Assembly: GCF_036588685.1 (NCBI RefSeq)
Contig: NC_086383.1
Span: 21,390,001-21,454,000, forward strand
Length of the DNA: 64,000 bases
Source of the DNA: Mytilus trossulus
Lineage: Eukaryota
Direction: 5' to 3'
Each line of letters opens with the position of its first letter. The stretch's first letter is position 1. A program made the translations under genes and the position numbers. Positions 26,365 through 41,150 of this stretch are shown here, one piece after another. Below the pieces are notes generated by a model, which was given only the letters and a program-made list of their open reading frames with translations, made no database searches and was not told where the DNA came from.

Positions 26365-26740
26365 TAGGTGTTTGCACATAACGTAATAAGTGTTTGGACA
26401 TAATGTATTGGTGTTTGTACATAATGTAATAGATGTTTGGACATAATGTAATAGGCATGTGCACATAACTTCCATGGTGTTTGCACATAATGTAAGCGGT
26501 ATTTGCACATAATGTAAGCGGTATTTGCACATTACGTAATAGTTTTGTACATAATGATGTAGTTATTATACATAATTTAATAGGTATTTTTACATAACGA
26601 AGTAGGTTTTAGCACAAAAGGTAAACGATGTTTACACATAGGTTGAACGATGTTTGCACAGAAGGTAAACGAGGTTTGCACAAAACGTATAAGTTGTTAT
26701 ATAAGTTATATAATGTAAAAGGCATTTGCATATGACGTAA
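26365..26740. repeat. Degenerate ~22-bp minisatellite
   Basis: Recurring TGTTTGCACATAATGTAATAG-like units. Confidence 0.75.
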
Positions 26741-26780
26741 TAAATGCTCACAGAGAGTACCAACTGTTCGGCAAAACGCA

Positions 26781-27277
26781 TATGAATTATACCATGAAGT
26801 ATTGTGTTTTCACTGGAGATACATATGTATAAACACAAAAGACGCCAAAAGACTATAATATCATGAGATTTACATAGAAGAAATGTGTATCAAAACGAAA
26901 CGTTTAGAACATTTGACATAACAATCATACTTGAGACAGGACGCAATTATTAACCGACTTACGTAAAGGAAGAATAGACACAACATAGAGAAAATATGAA
27001 AGAATGTAAAGGTGGTTGACCATAAAATCTGAAAGTATTTACAAAATATATAGTCATTGCAGTATAATGTAATGCATATTTTTCACAATAAAGTTTAGCA
27101 ATGACATATCACACAATTGTTTGACCAAACAAATTAGTTATTTGATATAACACAAAGATGCCGTGTCAGGAAATAAAGGCATCTGCACATAACATAAAGA
27201 AGAAATGACAAGACGTTAAGGCAAAGCGACAAAACACATTAAATATTTACACTATAAGACAGTTCCGGCGTTCCATA
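26781..27277 (-). mobile_element. Truncated copy of the 38472-39089 TIR element
   Basis: Reverse-complement match to 38472-38967 along its length; only one TIR present. Confidence 0.75.
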
Positions 27278-27289
27278 AATTTGTTTGTA

Positions 27290-27920
27290 GATAGATGTTT
27301 TTGTGTTCTGTTAAATTGGTTTTTTTTTAAATTGTTACACGATGTTGACTGCTGTACCCATATTTTGACTATTTTATTAATTATGTCTGTTTTGTTCACC
27401 CATCATTGTAAATATGACGAAATTTGACGAGACTGTCATCAAAGTGAGAGGGTTAGCGCTATAAAACCAGGTTTAATCCACCATGTTCTATATTTGAAAA
27501 TGCCTGTACCAAGTCAGAAATATGACAATTCTTGTCCATTCGTTTTTGACGTGTTTTGTTATTTGATTTTGCCATGTGATAATGGACCTTCCGATTAGAT
27601 TCTCCTCTAAGTTAAGTATTTTTGTGATTTTACTCTTTTTTATAGTTATAATATGAAATATTGTTGAGTACCATTAAGAAAAGTATCAAAAATATCGATC
27701 TCCGGGGAAAATTCCAAACGGAATGTTCGTATTCAAATGGCAAATCAAAAGCTTAAACACGTCAAACGAATTTATAATAACTGTAATATGTCCGACTTGG
27801 TACAGGCATTGTTCACGTACAAAATGATTAATTAAACATGGTTTTATAGATAGCTGAACTCCTCACTTGTACGACATTTAATTCCATTATATTGACAAGG
27901 ATATGTGAACAAAACAAAGC
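27290..27920. repeat. Two oppositely oriented copies of a dispersed repeat; also at ~2050-2200, ~16410-16745 and ~28695-28785
   Basis: Shared core AAAATACTGAACTCC..GGAAAATTC...ATGGCAAAAT...AAACGAATGGA..ACAACT; 27290-27640 is minus, 27680-27920 is plus. Confidence 0.7.
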
Positions 27921-28208
27921 GAGTTTTAACTAATTTAAATGAAGTTTAATTTTTCAACAGATTGTTTACAATATGCATGTGTTTTTTTTTTAGATATCTC
28001 GAATTTATATCTCAAATATCGTCGTGGGTGTTATTTTAAGACGACATATGATCATTTGTTTATTTTGTTTGTTATACAAAACTCGGCAATATCTTTTTGT
28101 TGTTGAAGGAACGTGGACGAAATTGGAATGTTAATATTATCTTTTGCATATAGTTCAGTGAAGGTTGAATTTTTCGTCGTATAACTAATGTACTGGTTTG
28201 TGTTACAG

Positions 28209-31200
28209 GCAATAATTAGACTAGTACCAGACTTAAAGTTAGAGATTGATTTATTGATAAGTTCACCGTTAACTAATCTCAATGTTATGAAAGATTTCAT
28301 TCGGCTTGAGAGAGATTTGGAAACAACCAATCAGCATGTGCATACCATGAACAAGAAAATGGAGTCGTTAGAAACTGAAAAAAATAATATAAAAGGTATT
28401 TCTGATCTATTATGGAAATTGAACATTCTCTGGTCCCTAAAACCTTCTTAGCTCACCTAGTCTGGAGCAATCGGAGGCAAGACACAGGGTTCCGCATAAT
28501 CCCTTGCAAATTTATCAAATTTAATGATAAATGTGATTATTAACCTCTTTTTGTAGTAGTACCTTCTGTCTCTAAGGTTGTACTGATTATGATGATTTCA
28601 TTTTTAAAGAGTACTAAAATTTGTACGCGAGGATATAAGAATAAAGAACACCTCAACGTATAACTTTACAAGATTAACGGTGTTGTAGTATAAAGAGTAA
28701 AATCACAAAAATACCGAACGCCGAAGAATGTCAAAGGAAAGTCCCTATAAATTAAATGGCAAATTCAAAATCACAAAAACATCTCAGTTTCCAATGTAAG
28801 TAATTTTTCAGTAAAATATTCCCTGTGCATCAGTATAAAATGTTTTGTCAGTTTTGGGTATTTTGAAATACCGTATAGCGGGTTATTTTCGCGGGGTGTA
28901 AAATTTCGCTTATTTTCGCGGATAGAAGAAAATCGCTAAAATAAATTTCGCCAAATTAAAGGTGTACATGCAAAGGTATTAAGAAAAGTTTTCATCCGCC
29001 AAAATAATAACCGCTATTTCGTATACCTTGTTCAATTTTACACCCTCGAAAATAACCCGCTATACGGTAATACATTTAATGTGTTGTGAATTATTCGAAA
29101 GACAATTTACTTGATACAGTTTTAACAGAAGAAGGTTATCGCTTACCATGATCTGAGTAAACTATGTAATTGGAGTTTTGCAATATAGTTTCTTTTCATC
29201 TCTATTTTGTTTTTCACTTATACTTTGCTACTTTTTATAGATAATCATGTATTAAAGCAAGATCAACTTTATTCTTTTCTATTTCAAACTAATTTTGTTT
29301 ACAGAAATACAACTAAGAACTTTAAAAGAATGGAGAGATACTGACACGAAATATATTGCTACATCAGCAACGACGTTTATACTACAATCACTAAAAAACA
29401 GTAGGGGTGTCATAATAACTGGATCTCCGGGCTGTGGAAAATCTGTTGCTGCTCATCATGTAGCATTCGAATTAGAGAAGGAGGAGTATGAAATAATTCC
29501 TTGCGATGATCCTTTTGAAATCATAAAGCATTTTACCACAGAGAAATTGCAAGTTTTTGTAATTGATAACATTTGCGGAAAATTTGCTCTTAATCAACAA
29601 AAAGCAGACACATGGGAGCAAAACGATTGCAAATTAAGTATGTTAATTGAATCTTGTAATCAGAATGATGACGATGAAGAAAATTCTAACAAATTAATGT
29701 CTAAATTTATAATTACGTGCAGTGAAAATATTTATGTTAACAGTGCTTTCCCAAAACTGACATGTTTTTCACTTGTTTAATGCAGCTTTAGTGCTGAATA
29801 TAAAATTGATGCTAAAGAAATGAGGAGTATTGCATTGTCTTATTTACCTATAAATACTGTGAAATTCATTCGAAACATTTGTCTGTATGATTTTTTTCCT
29901 CTTCTATGTTCTTTGTACTGCAAATACCCAAATAAGGATCCTGGTTTCTTCATTTATCCTGTAAAAATAATTGGAAATGAAATTTCAGAAATGAAAAAAC
30001 GATCTGAATCATCTTTTCTCTGTATTTGTCTTCTTGTTCTTAGGAATAATAAAATTTGTAGAGAGGATTTAAGACTCGAGGACATGCAACAGCTAATTAA
30101 GGCTATATGCTGGGACTGTAGAATTGAATCCGTTTCCGTTGTGGCGATACTTAAGAGTTTTGAGCGTCTTAAAGGTATCTATATAACAGAATCAGATGAT
30201 ATCTACACAGCAATCCACGACAAAATGTTTGACATTATATCAGCAGCTATTGCACCATATATAATGAAATGTTTAATAGAACACATTGACATTTCTTTTC
30301 TTGCAAGCCGTACATATCTTTCATCATTTACTCAAAAAAGTGTCCCTTTTGTTATTCACATCCCACAACAATTAGAAAGTCTATATCTCGAACGACAAAT
30401 GAAGGAAGCAATGGAAGGAAAATACTGGGAAGTATTTGGAAGCATACAAACAGAGAACGAGGCATATAGAAAACTACTTCTATCGATTTTGGAAGAACAA
30501 GACACATTTCAGCAAATATTCCAAAATTCCGTTGAAAATGGGAAAACGCCTTTATACGTATCATCTTATTTGGGATATATAGATTTTGTAGAATATTTTG
30601 TAGTGCAATGTCCGTATTACATAAAGGTTAAAGACAAGGAGGGTAGGTCTCCCTTTTATGTTGCATGTAAAAAAGGTCACATTGCAGTTGTAAGATATTT
30701 AACGAAATATAATGAGGACATTAATGCACACGATGTGAATAACACAACAGCATTATCAGCGACTTGCCTAAATGGTCACTCTGTGGTAGCCCAATTGTTA
30801 TTGGACAACAATGCAGATATCAACAAAACTAACAAAATTAATCAGGACACACTGCATCATGTTTGCTTGAGTGGAAATGTCAAATTGGTGAAACTGTTAT
30901 TATTTGGTGAATATAATGTAGATACTACAAAGAGAGACATATATGGACGGTCATCTTTACATGCAGCTTGTTTTAAAGGACACACAGAAGTAGTGAAATT
31001 ATTGATTGGTTTTGGTTTAGATATAAATGAAACATCCAATCTAGGTTCAACACCACTGTTTGAAGCTTGTCGGAATGGTCAATATGACACAGTGAAATAT
31101 TTATTTGATTTAAACGGTCAAACATTAAATAGTCGTGTAGAAACTACAATAAAAAACGAAAAAGGATGGTCAGTTTTGCATGCAGCCTGCCAAAACGGAC

Positions 31201-33168
31201 ATTGCGAGGTTGTTAAGTTTTTAATCGGTGCTGTCATGAATCCTAACGACACAACAAACGTAGGTTATACACCACTGTATAAGGCTTGTGAGCACGGCCA
31301 TTGTGAAATAGTGAAATATTTAATTGATTTAAATAACCAAATATTAAATAGTCGTGTAGATACAACAATAAAACGCGAAAATGGATGTTCGGCTTTAAAT
31401 ACATCTTGCCAAAAAGGAAATATAGATGTAGTTAAGTTATTGATTGACGCTGGTATGAACCCAAACGACACATCAAACGGAGGTATGACACCACTTAATT
31501 ACGCTTCTCGGGAAGGTCGCTATGACACAGTAAAGTTCTTACTTGATTTAAACGGTCGTACAATAAATAGCCGTGTAGATAACTAAGAAAAATAGAGCTG
31601 GGTGGTCACCTTTACATACAGCTTGTATAAAAGGTCATATAGAGGTAGTTAAGTTATTAATCAAAGTTGGTATGAATATTAATGACAAAACAAATAGCGG
31701 TTCTACACCACTACACAAGGCTTGTCAGGAAGGTCATTTTGATACAGTGAAATTATTACTTGATTTAAACGGTCAAGTATTAAATGGTCTTGTAGATACC
31801 ACAATAAAAGACGCAAAAGGATGGTCAGCTGTACATGTAGCTTGTGACAATGGACATATAGAGGTAGTAAAGTTATTTTTCGAAGTTGGTATAAATCTTA
31901 ATGTCATATCAAATAGTGGATCTACACCACTGTATTTAGCTTGCAAAAGAGGTCATTTTGAAACAGCGAAATATTTAATTGAATTAAATGACCAAATATC
32001 AAATAGTCGTGTAGATACAAGAATACAAATCGAAAACAAATGTTTACATGTAGCTTGTATGAAGGGACACACAGAGATAGTAAAGTTATTAATTGATGTT
32101 GGAACAAACCCAAATGACATATCAAGTAGTGGTTCTACACCACTACATAAGGCTTGTCGGGGAGGTCATTATGATACAGTGAAATTCTTACTTGATTTAA
32201 ACGGCCAAGAATTGAATAGTCATGTAGATACAACAATTAAACAGAGAAAAGAAAGGTCGGCTTTACGTATAGCTTGTAAAAATGGACATATAGAGGTAGT
32301 TAAGTTATTAATTGATGTTGGAATGGACATTAATGACACAGCAAAAAACGGTTCTACACCACTTCACCAAGCCTGTCAGAAAGGTCATTATGATACAGTA
32401 AAATTCCTGCTCGATTTGAATGGCAAAGTGTTGACTGTAGATAAAACAATGAAAGACAACGACGGAAATTCGGTTTTACATGTAACATGTTTGAAAGGGA
32501 TGCTAGATGTAGTGAAATTATTGATCGACGTCGGTATAAACCTTAATGAGACAACAAATAAAGGTTCTACACCACTTTATTTAGCTTGTCAGGAGGGTCA
32601 TTTTGAAACGGTGAAATATTTAATGTGTTTAAACGGCCAACTATTAAATAGTCGTGTAGATACAACAATAAAACGCGAAAACGGATGTTCGGCTTTACAT
32701 ATAGCTTGTATAAATGGGCATATAGAGGTTGTTCAGTTATTAATCGGCGCTGGTATGTACCCTAATGACAAATCAGATGCAGATAATACACCACTTTATC
32801 TCGCTTGTCAGAACAGTAATGATGAAATAGTGAAATATTTATTTGAGTTAAACGGCCAAACAATAAATAGTCGTGTCGATACTACTATTACTAATTTAAA
32901 AGGATGGTCGGCTTTACATTCAGCTTGTTTCAATGGACATGCAGAAATACTGAAGTTATTGATTGATGTCGGTATGAATATAAATGAAAGAGACAATTCG
33001 GGAAAAACAGCTGTTAACTTAGCTTGTATAAATGAGCATAGTGATATTGTAAAAATATTGAAGGATAATGGTGCAGAATAACAAACCCATGCTAGTGACA
33101 GACAGGTACCATTTATTTGTTCAAATGAGAATCATTATATCGATATTACGAAACTTTTGAATGAATAG
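28209..33168 (+). pseudogene. STAND NTPase-ankyrin gene, copy 2; HEPN exons not found. Exons 28209-28395 and 29305-33168
   Basis: Exon 3 homolog (187 bp) and exon 4 with Walker A GSPGCGKS (29421-29444). Walker B reads FVIDNICG and the sensor IITCS. CAA>TAA at 29778-29780, 2-bp deletion at ~31581, stop at 33079-33081 before a degenerate last ANK; ~24 ANK repeats. Confidence 0.85.
28871..29067. mobile_element. Tc1/mariner-type MITE in the copy 2 intron
   Basis: TIR CCGTATAGCGGGTTATTTTCG / CGAAAATAACCCGCTATACGG; TA flanks; absent from the equivalent intron of copies 1 and 3. Confidence 0.85.
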
Positions 33169-36100
33169 TTTGAACAATATTACATAGAACATAATAAAAG
33201 TTATATAAATATCATGACCCATGTATCAATTTTAATCCATTATGAATTGTTGACGAGGTCAATACGTAATCTATGGATCTGTTCAAACTATAGTGACCGA
33301 TTATGAAGTCCGACGCGGAGTGTCAATTTTATCTAACAGGTCCATATATATAACGTATTGGCTGAATGAAATACCTTAATTTATAAATTACTTATGTACA
33401 TAATGTATCAGGAAAATGGCGTTCAATGCTCTTTATTTAGAAATAACAATATTTAAAAAAAAGTTAAGACTGTTGCATTAGCTTTAGTATAAGTATTTCG
33501 ATTGCTCTGCAGTTGTACAACACGTCAAAGGTTCGGATTAATTTCCGGGGTAATTACCCAAATCGTTCAATTATTAGGGGCAAATAAGAGTCTGAAATAA
33601 ACTTATTTTTTATAGTTTTCAGACTCGTGTTGAAGTGTATTGATATCTCTTAAACTGTACCACATTTTACCAAAAAGTTTTCTTCAACAGTTATTTTTGT
33701 TTGAAAAAGGTGGGATTTTATTTTAAATTGGGGGGTTCATAAAATAATTTATTTGGAGAGGGGGCATGTGTTATCACCAAGATTTGTGGAAATTCAAACG
33801 AAATACACCAACGGCCTTATTTGTGTATTAAATAATGAACGAAAAACAAATATGTAACACAGTAACAAATGACAAACTCTCAATTATCGGTTCCTGACTC
33901 GGGACAGGCACATAACGTATGTTGCGGATTTAACCATGTTAGTTGTCTCCCAAAATTCCCCCTTATTCTAGGACAATGGTGCTATAGAACAACGCCAAAA
34001 CTGTACAAAGCAATAAACGAAAATCATATGATACACAACAATAATCAACAACCACTCAATAAAATGCTCCTGATTCGGGACAGGCAGATACAGAATGTAG
34101 CCGGTTAACATGTTTGATGTATCGGGCACCCCATCCTCTCTCTACCTAGAACAGTGGTGTAACAATACACCATAGGCACAAACTGTGAAAATCAGCTGAA
34201 AAGGCTTAACTCAACATATGGATACAATAGAAATACATCTACCAAAAACACAGAGTGAACGGGGCTAGATACTTGTACATCCAATCAACAAAAAGACACT
34301 AAGTTCAGATTTGAGAGTACCCGCAGATAATGAAAGCTAGTTATAACTCATTCAAAAATCAGTCATCAAAGACTTAATTATCCATAAAGTATTCATCTAA
34401 CTTCCAATTGATTTAGTATATATACGTTATAAACAGTCAAAGAAAAACATGATCATAGACAATGCCAAGATACAAATGTCGACTGTATAGCGATGGAAAT
34501 TTATATGTTTATAGCAATAATATGTAGTTTGCATTTGTTTTACCATTTACCAATATATATACCAATGCAATAAAATAATTTGAAAAGATCTAGTTACAGT
34601 GAACAGATAACCTTTTAGAATAAGCTTATCTTAAGGATCGATAATTTTACCAGGGTCATTTCTGAATTTCCGGGCAGGGAAAACATCAACTCCGTTAATG
34701 ATGTGCTATCCCGTTTGGAGTAATTTTTTTACAGATGCTAACAAACCTCAACCAAATCTTTATAGCTATGGAAGAACTAAGTTAAGGTTGGAAATAATCT
34801 GTGGTGACAAAATCCCTGACTTGAAAATATACCGTCAACACATGGATCACGTTCATCAATATCCAAGGAGATCACAATAGACACGGACAAAGCGAACGGG
34901 TGGTGGTATCTTACACCGTAAGATGGTGTCAAAGTAACAATACCATCAAAATAAAGAATAATGAATCATAGGGAAGGAAAAACTTGTCCATTTTGTTATT
35001 GCGGGTTTTACCTGTCATTAACACTTAATTTTCATATATGTTTAAAAAGACATTGATATATCACAAGGCAATATGTGCTGGACCCATGGATTTGAATATG
35101 CATATCAACATTTCATGATGTCATTTCGATCAATATACTAACAATAACCACAAAAATATCACACAATAAAAAGTAGTACAGGAAAATCAAACCTTATAAC
35201 ATGTAACTACCAACAAAAAATCGCGTTCAAAAGTGTTTCGTAAAGGGAAAAAAATTGTTTTTATGCCAGACACAGATAGTGTTGTTATATGACCTAAACT
35301 TCATTTAGGGCAATAATATTACTCGCCTATGTGAGCATATGCCTAAGCAGAAACAAATGTGGTATGATAATCTTAGAAGTGAGCTTACTTACAAATACAT
35401 TTTGATGATTTAGTCTAATCAGTCCCCTATATGTGTCATCAGATTACAGATATTGGTTGCTGTTTTTCATATTTGATTCTTTGTTTATGATTGTGTCATC
35501 AATCGGGTCGTTCGTTTTTGTCGTTTAAATAAATATTTTTTTTATTTTTTAAACCGTCATGACCTTTTATCATTTTGGTTTATAGTTTACTTTACTGTAG
35601 CTGCATGGTGATGGCTATTGTTGAAGAGGTGATATTGAATCTGTTTAATTTGAACTTTATCGGTTAAAAATACTCTATAATGAAAGTTGGAAAAGGGAAG
35701 TTTAACAAATCAAAAACAAAACCAAACGCTCGACTTTAAAGCTGGAAAATCTACTGGCATGTTTTTCCTGTTGCCAGCATTCTACCCCCCCTTTTTTTTT
35801 GCTCCAAACAAACCGAGGGTGAAACTGGTAGTCTGGTCTTTGTTAGTCATGTCTTATTTTTAATTTTAGTTTCTTGTGTATAATTTGGAGTTTATCATAT
35901 GGCGTTAGTTATCACTGAGCTAGTATGTATATTTGTTTTGGGACCAGCTGAAGGACGCCTCCGGGTGCAGGAATTTCTGGCTGCATTGAAGAACTTTTGA
36001 TGACCTTCTGCTGTTGTCTGTTCTATGGTCGGGTTATTGTCTCTTTGACTCATACCCCATTTCCATTTTAAATTTTAGTATAGCTAATAAAGCTTCCCAC

Positions 36101-36679
36101 TCGTATTAGAGAAGATAAAACATGCTGATACAGATACTGTCAGAGTGACGTGTATGTATAAGTTCGAAGATGGAAGATTTAGTCCAACTTTTCTAAGAAA
36201 AAAATACCGTACATACATTTTATAAATCCGTTACTCGAAGATATCCAAATATCCAAGGTGTTTTCTGTTTCCATATATCATCTTACGTTTGGAATAGACG
36301 AACTTAGTGCTGAAGAAATGGTTAACATAATCCTATTCAGAAATATACAAATATCGTTATTTCTATGGTTAAAACATTGTGCACAGCCATGAAACAACAA
36401 CAAATGTATTAGAAGCTTACAAATAACTATAGACGTGATCTCACAAAAAAAGAGTTGTCGTTTGGATGCGAGTTTGTTTATGACGTATGCGTTATACCAT
36501 CCCTTTTGGTACTTGTTATGCTCTTTGGAAGAATGTAATTTGTGGGATATAGTTTTTCTTATAGCTTTTCATTTTTTTAAATGCTGATTTATATGATTTC
36601 AATAGTTCATAGTCTTATGACACTAGTGGTCGTTCATTGAGTGTAAATAGTACCTTTAATAGTAATCATATCACTAATG

Positions 36680-39600
36680 ATTTTAATATTTTATGTTTAA
36701 CCTGTTGTGGCATAAAGTCCAGAATGCAATATCCAGAATTTGAAAATATAATTAAAAAGCACGACTTCGTATGTTTTGTTGAGACGAAAACTTTAAAATG
36801 AAAAACCAGAAAACGGTGACTATTAGACGATCAAGAGGTGTTATAGTTGGTTAATATGATAGAAATTAAAGAAACAGATTGTAAATACGTTCTGTGGATT
36901 TAAATAAACGGGAAAGTTTTTAATTTAGACAAACCCGTTGTTTTTGACGTTGTTTACATTCCTCCGGAATATACTGAGTATTCATTAGATGAAGCGATGA
37001 ATCAGATTGAACAAGAATAATTACGCTTTCAAATTATTCAAATTATATATGCCTTTTAGGCGACTTTAATGCCAGAACAGGTTGTGATGATGATTTTGTA
37101 ATTATAAATGAAAATAAACATGATGATAATAATTTATGAAATGCTCTGAAAGATCTGTCTTTTCCTATTAAACGTGTAAATATGGATAAAGGAAAAAATA
37201 GATATAAAAATAAGCTGTTGAACTTTTGTAAAGGTAAAGGCGTTTTCATACTAAACGGGAGAATGGAAAGAGATAAAAAAAATAGGGCTTTTTACTGGTC
37301 GTTATGCCAGTGTCGTTGATTATTGTATCAATAGTCCTGGACTTCTTAAATTATTTAAGGACTTTGAAGTTTTAGATTCAAGTAAATTATTGTCAGATGT
37401 TCATAATTCTATTTCTGTCATTTTTTATTGTAATAAATATATGGTAGATGAACATGCAGAAGATGTTGATTGTGATAGTCATTATAACACTCTTAAGAAA
37501 TTAATAGATGGGATTCTGAAAAGATAAAAGATTTTCAAAATAATATTGATGTTGAAAAAATTGTATAATTACAATACAAACTTTGAAATACTGATTTGAA
37601 TGATGTTTATAAAAATGTAATTAATTCATTTATAGGTGATTTATGTAACATTTTTGTCAGGTGTGGGCAAGCTACTTTTGGTATCTCTACCGTAAAACGG
37701 AATAAAAATACAGGTGGAAGAGGAAATAAAAATAAGCCATGATTTGATGTGGAATGTAAATTTGCGCGCCAAATTACAGAAACTTAAAGAGACTATTAAG
37801 TCGAAAAATAGTTGCCAAAACCATTCAGACATGTTAAATGCCGTAAAAGTTTATAAAAAGGTTCTCGATAACAAAAACAGAAAGTTTAGAAATGATCTTT
37901 CAAATAAAATTCAAAATTTTCGTGACAACAATCCGAAAGAATTTTGGAAAATTTTAAATAAAGGAAAGAAGAAAAAGCAGACCGATATTGATATAAGAAA
38001 ATTGCACGATTTTTTCAAAAACTTGAACGCTGCACCGGAAGATGATCAAACTGTGCGTTTTCCCGACATTTATCCCATGCAAAATGACCAGCTAAATGAA
38101 CATATAAATTCGCCTTTTTCACAAGATGCAATTCTTCGGTGCATTAAGAAACTGAATAAAGACAAAGCTTGTGGAGAAGACGAAATTATAAATGAATACA
38201 TTAAATCCACATCTAGCCATTTGATTTGTATTTATCAGAAACTTTTAATATTATATTCGATTAAGGCTTATTTCCACAAAGTTGGCTTATTGGTACTATT
38301 AAACAATCTGCATATAAAAATAAAGGCGACTCTAAAGATCCAAAGAACTATAGAACAATCACTTTTGTGAGTTGCTTGTGGAAACTATTCACTGGAATAC
38401 TAAGATTCTAAAGATTAAATGATTCTTCAGATGAATTTATCATCATACAAGAAAACCAGAGTGTTTTTTTATGGAACGCCGGAACTGTCTTATAGTGTAA
38501 ATATTTAATGTGTTTTGTCGCTTTGCCTTTAAGTCCTGTCATTTCTTCTTTATGTTATGTTCAGATGCCTTCATGTCCTGACACGGCATATCTGTGTTAT
38601 GTCAAATTAGTAATTTGTTTGGTCAAACAATTGTATGATATGTCATTGCTCAACTTTGTTGTGTAAAATATGCATTACATTATGCTGTAACTACTATATA
38701 TTATGTGAATACTTCGGAACTTTGTGATCAACCAGTTTTACATTCTCTCATATTTTATCTATGTTATGTCTATTCTTCTTTCACGTAAGTCAGGTAATAA
38801 TTGCGTCCTGTCTCAAGTGTTATTGTTATGTCAAATGTTCTAATCGTTTTGTTGTGATAAACCTTTGTTCTATGTAAATCTGATGATATTATAGTCTTTT
38901 GGCTTTATGTTGTGCTTATTCAGATGTATATCCAGTGAAAAACATAATACATCATGGTATAATTCATAGAAATGTCATGTCAGGATACAAAGGCATCTGC
39001 ACATAACATAAAGAAGAAATAACAGGACGCAGAGGCAAAGCAACAACATACAATAAATATTTACACTATAAGTCAGTCCCGGCGTTCCATAGGTTTTCGT
39101 CAAAATTATTCTACTAAAGATAATTTATTTATCTTATATTCTTTTTTTGAATTGTTGTAATGTAAGAAGAAAAAGTTATATTGTGGCTTTGTAGATTATG
39201 AGAAGGCATCTGACACTGTATGGCGGGATGGTTTGTTTTATAAAATGCTATTGAATTATAAAAATGGTAAGATGTATAATGTTATATTGAATATGTACAG
39301 TGATATTAAATCTCGTATATCATATAATAATTGTTATTCGAAATATTTTGCTTGCGATAATGGTGTACGAAAAGGGGAAAACTTATCACCTTTCCTATTT
39401 TCCTTTTTTTTTTAATGACTTAGAAAATTTCTAAGTCATTAAAAAGATCACAGGACTTTAAACTATTTCAGAAGACCTGGAAAGAGAATTCGAAATATAC
39501 TTAAAGTTTTTTTTTTAAATTTTGCACAAAGATGACATGGTATTGCTGGTCGAAACAGCACAGGACCTGCAGACTCAACTTAATGCTCTTTATAATTATT

Positions 39601-39921
39601 GTAAGGTTTGGAAATTGAAAGTAAACGTTGACAAAACCAAAGCTTTAGTGTTTGGTTTTGGACGTTTGCCAAAAAATCTCAGATTTTCTTACAATAACAC
39701 TAACATTGAGATAGTAAAACAGTGTAACTATTTGGGAATTATTCTTACTAAAACGGTGAATTTTAATATGACAAAAAACATTTATCCGATAAGGCCTTGA
39801 ACGCCATGTACGAAGTCCTGACAAATATGCCGATGGAACAGGGAGGTGGTAAAATTTACTGAGAGAAAACCGTGTTTGCCATTTTGTAAATATCGACAAA
39901 TTGGTGACGAATATCACTATA
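36680..39921 (+). mobile_element. Decayed non-LTR retrotransposon (LINE) ORF2: APE endonuclease, RT and C-terminal Cys/His motif
   Basis: Remnant motifs FVCFVETK, VYIPP, LGDFNARTG, VVDYCI, KACGEDEI, PKNYRTIT, GFRQNYST, FVDYEKASDTVWRDGL, GVRKGENLSPFLF, HKDDMVL, YLGI, RVCHF..GDEYHY; many stops and frameshifts. Clade not assigned. Confidence 0.85.
38472..39089. mobile_element. Non-autonomous TIR element with ~120-bp imperfect TIRs, inserted in the LINE RT
   Basis: TGGAACGCCGGAACTGTCTTATAGTGTAAATATTT at the left end and its near reverse complement at the right; TA on both sides. It splits the RT motif ENQ|GFR. Confidence 0.8.
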
Positions 39922-39923
39922 TA

Positions 39924-40386
39924 GGTGTAATACCACCAAAGCATGGTACGTCACATTCAATTGCACACGAAAGTAGGCCTTAAAAAATATTCTCTTGAAT
40001 TTGACAGTTGTAGAAAATTAACCCTGCATTTCAATGCACTTAAGTTTTTCTGAGTCGTAAATATGTTTTTGGATGTCTGAAAGCATCATTCTTTTTTAAT
40101 TTGATGGTCTTATAAAATATTTTGAAACGTTAAGGTTACATAGTTACCAAAGCAGGTAACCAGTAAATAACAGTGTAAAAATTGGGTTGTTTACTTCCGG
40201 TGATGATTATTTTCTTATATGCAATGAAATGTAGTGTGAAATTTTCACTGTATCAATGAAAAGGTTTAACCTTAACACATGCAAAGCATTTCTTTGGTTG
40301 AAATAAAGGTAAATTCTGTACATTTTTTTTTAAAAGTGCAAATTTAACAAAGACTAATAGGGAAAAATTAATGGTGGTATTACACC
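39924..40386. mobile_element. MITE, TA-flanked, inserted at the LINE 3' end
   Basis: TIR GGTGTAATACCACCA / TGGTGGTATTACACC with TA on both sides. A diverged one-ended copy lies at ~58841-59260, just upstream of copy 3. Confidence 0.75.
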
Positions 40387-40719
40387 TATTTAGGGAACTA
40401 CATGTGCACTCGTGACCTTATTATACTTTCATTTTTAAAAGTTATTAATAAACCAGTTTATACATTGTAAACATGGACTATTCGGAATGGATTAAGACAC
40501 AGAAAGCACGTTTGAGGTAAAATTGCCTTGAAATGAGGTTTTACGGGTGTTTTCTAAGTCAAATGAGTGGACAGACAAAGCTGTATTTAGTTTACTGTGT
40601 TAAATGTTAGTTAAACACGCAAGTACGCATTAGTCATGGCTTACATTGTTATTAGATGTTCATATTTACTTTCTCTCTAAGGCCTGTCAATATTTCAATG
40701 TTTATTCTCAGCTAAAACA

Positions 40720-41073
40720 GGGGCGATAGATACCAGAGGAACAGTCAAACTCATAAATCGAAAATAAACTGACAACGCCACGGCTAAGAATGACAAAGAT
40801 AAACAGAAACATAATAGTAGTCAAGAAACAACATAAAAAACTTAAGACTGAGCGACACGAATCCCGACCAAAACTGGGTGTAACCGGATGGGTAAGCAGA
40901 TGCTGCTCCACATGTGGCACCGGTCGTGTTGCTCATGTTACGACAAACCCGGTAAATAGTCAAGTTCGGCAGGTCACATTCATGAAAAGGGAAGAGGATT
41001 GTAGAAACGACGTTTGAAACATATCCGATATCATTTGTGAAACGGTTATTCCATAACGGTCAACCAACTCGTG
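40720..41073 (-). mobile_element. Extra copy of the Penelope-like 3' region, in tandem with 41151-41530
   Basis: Shares ACAGTCAAACTCATAAA...CCACATGTGGCACC...CATATCCGATATCA...CAACTCGTG with 41151-41530. Shorter fragments at ~42685-42786, ~43645-43740 and ~53850-54045. Confidence 0.65.
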
Positions 41074-41150
41074 TAACGGAGTAAAGGTATAATAATTGTT
41101 ATAGTCTCTTGTACAAATCTTCTACAATTTCATGTTTTCATAATAATCGA

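Noticed and set aside
34780-34930. TKRTGGGIL resembling a LINE endonuclease motif
   Set aside because: Single short motif with no supporting neighbours.
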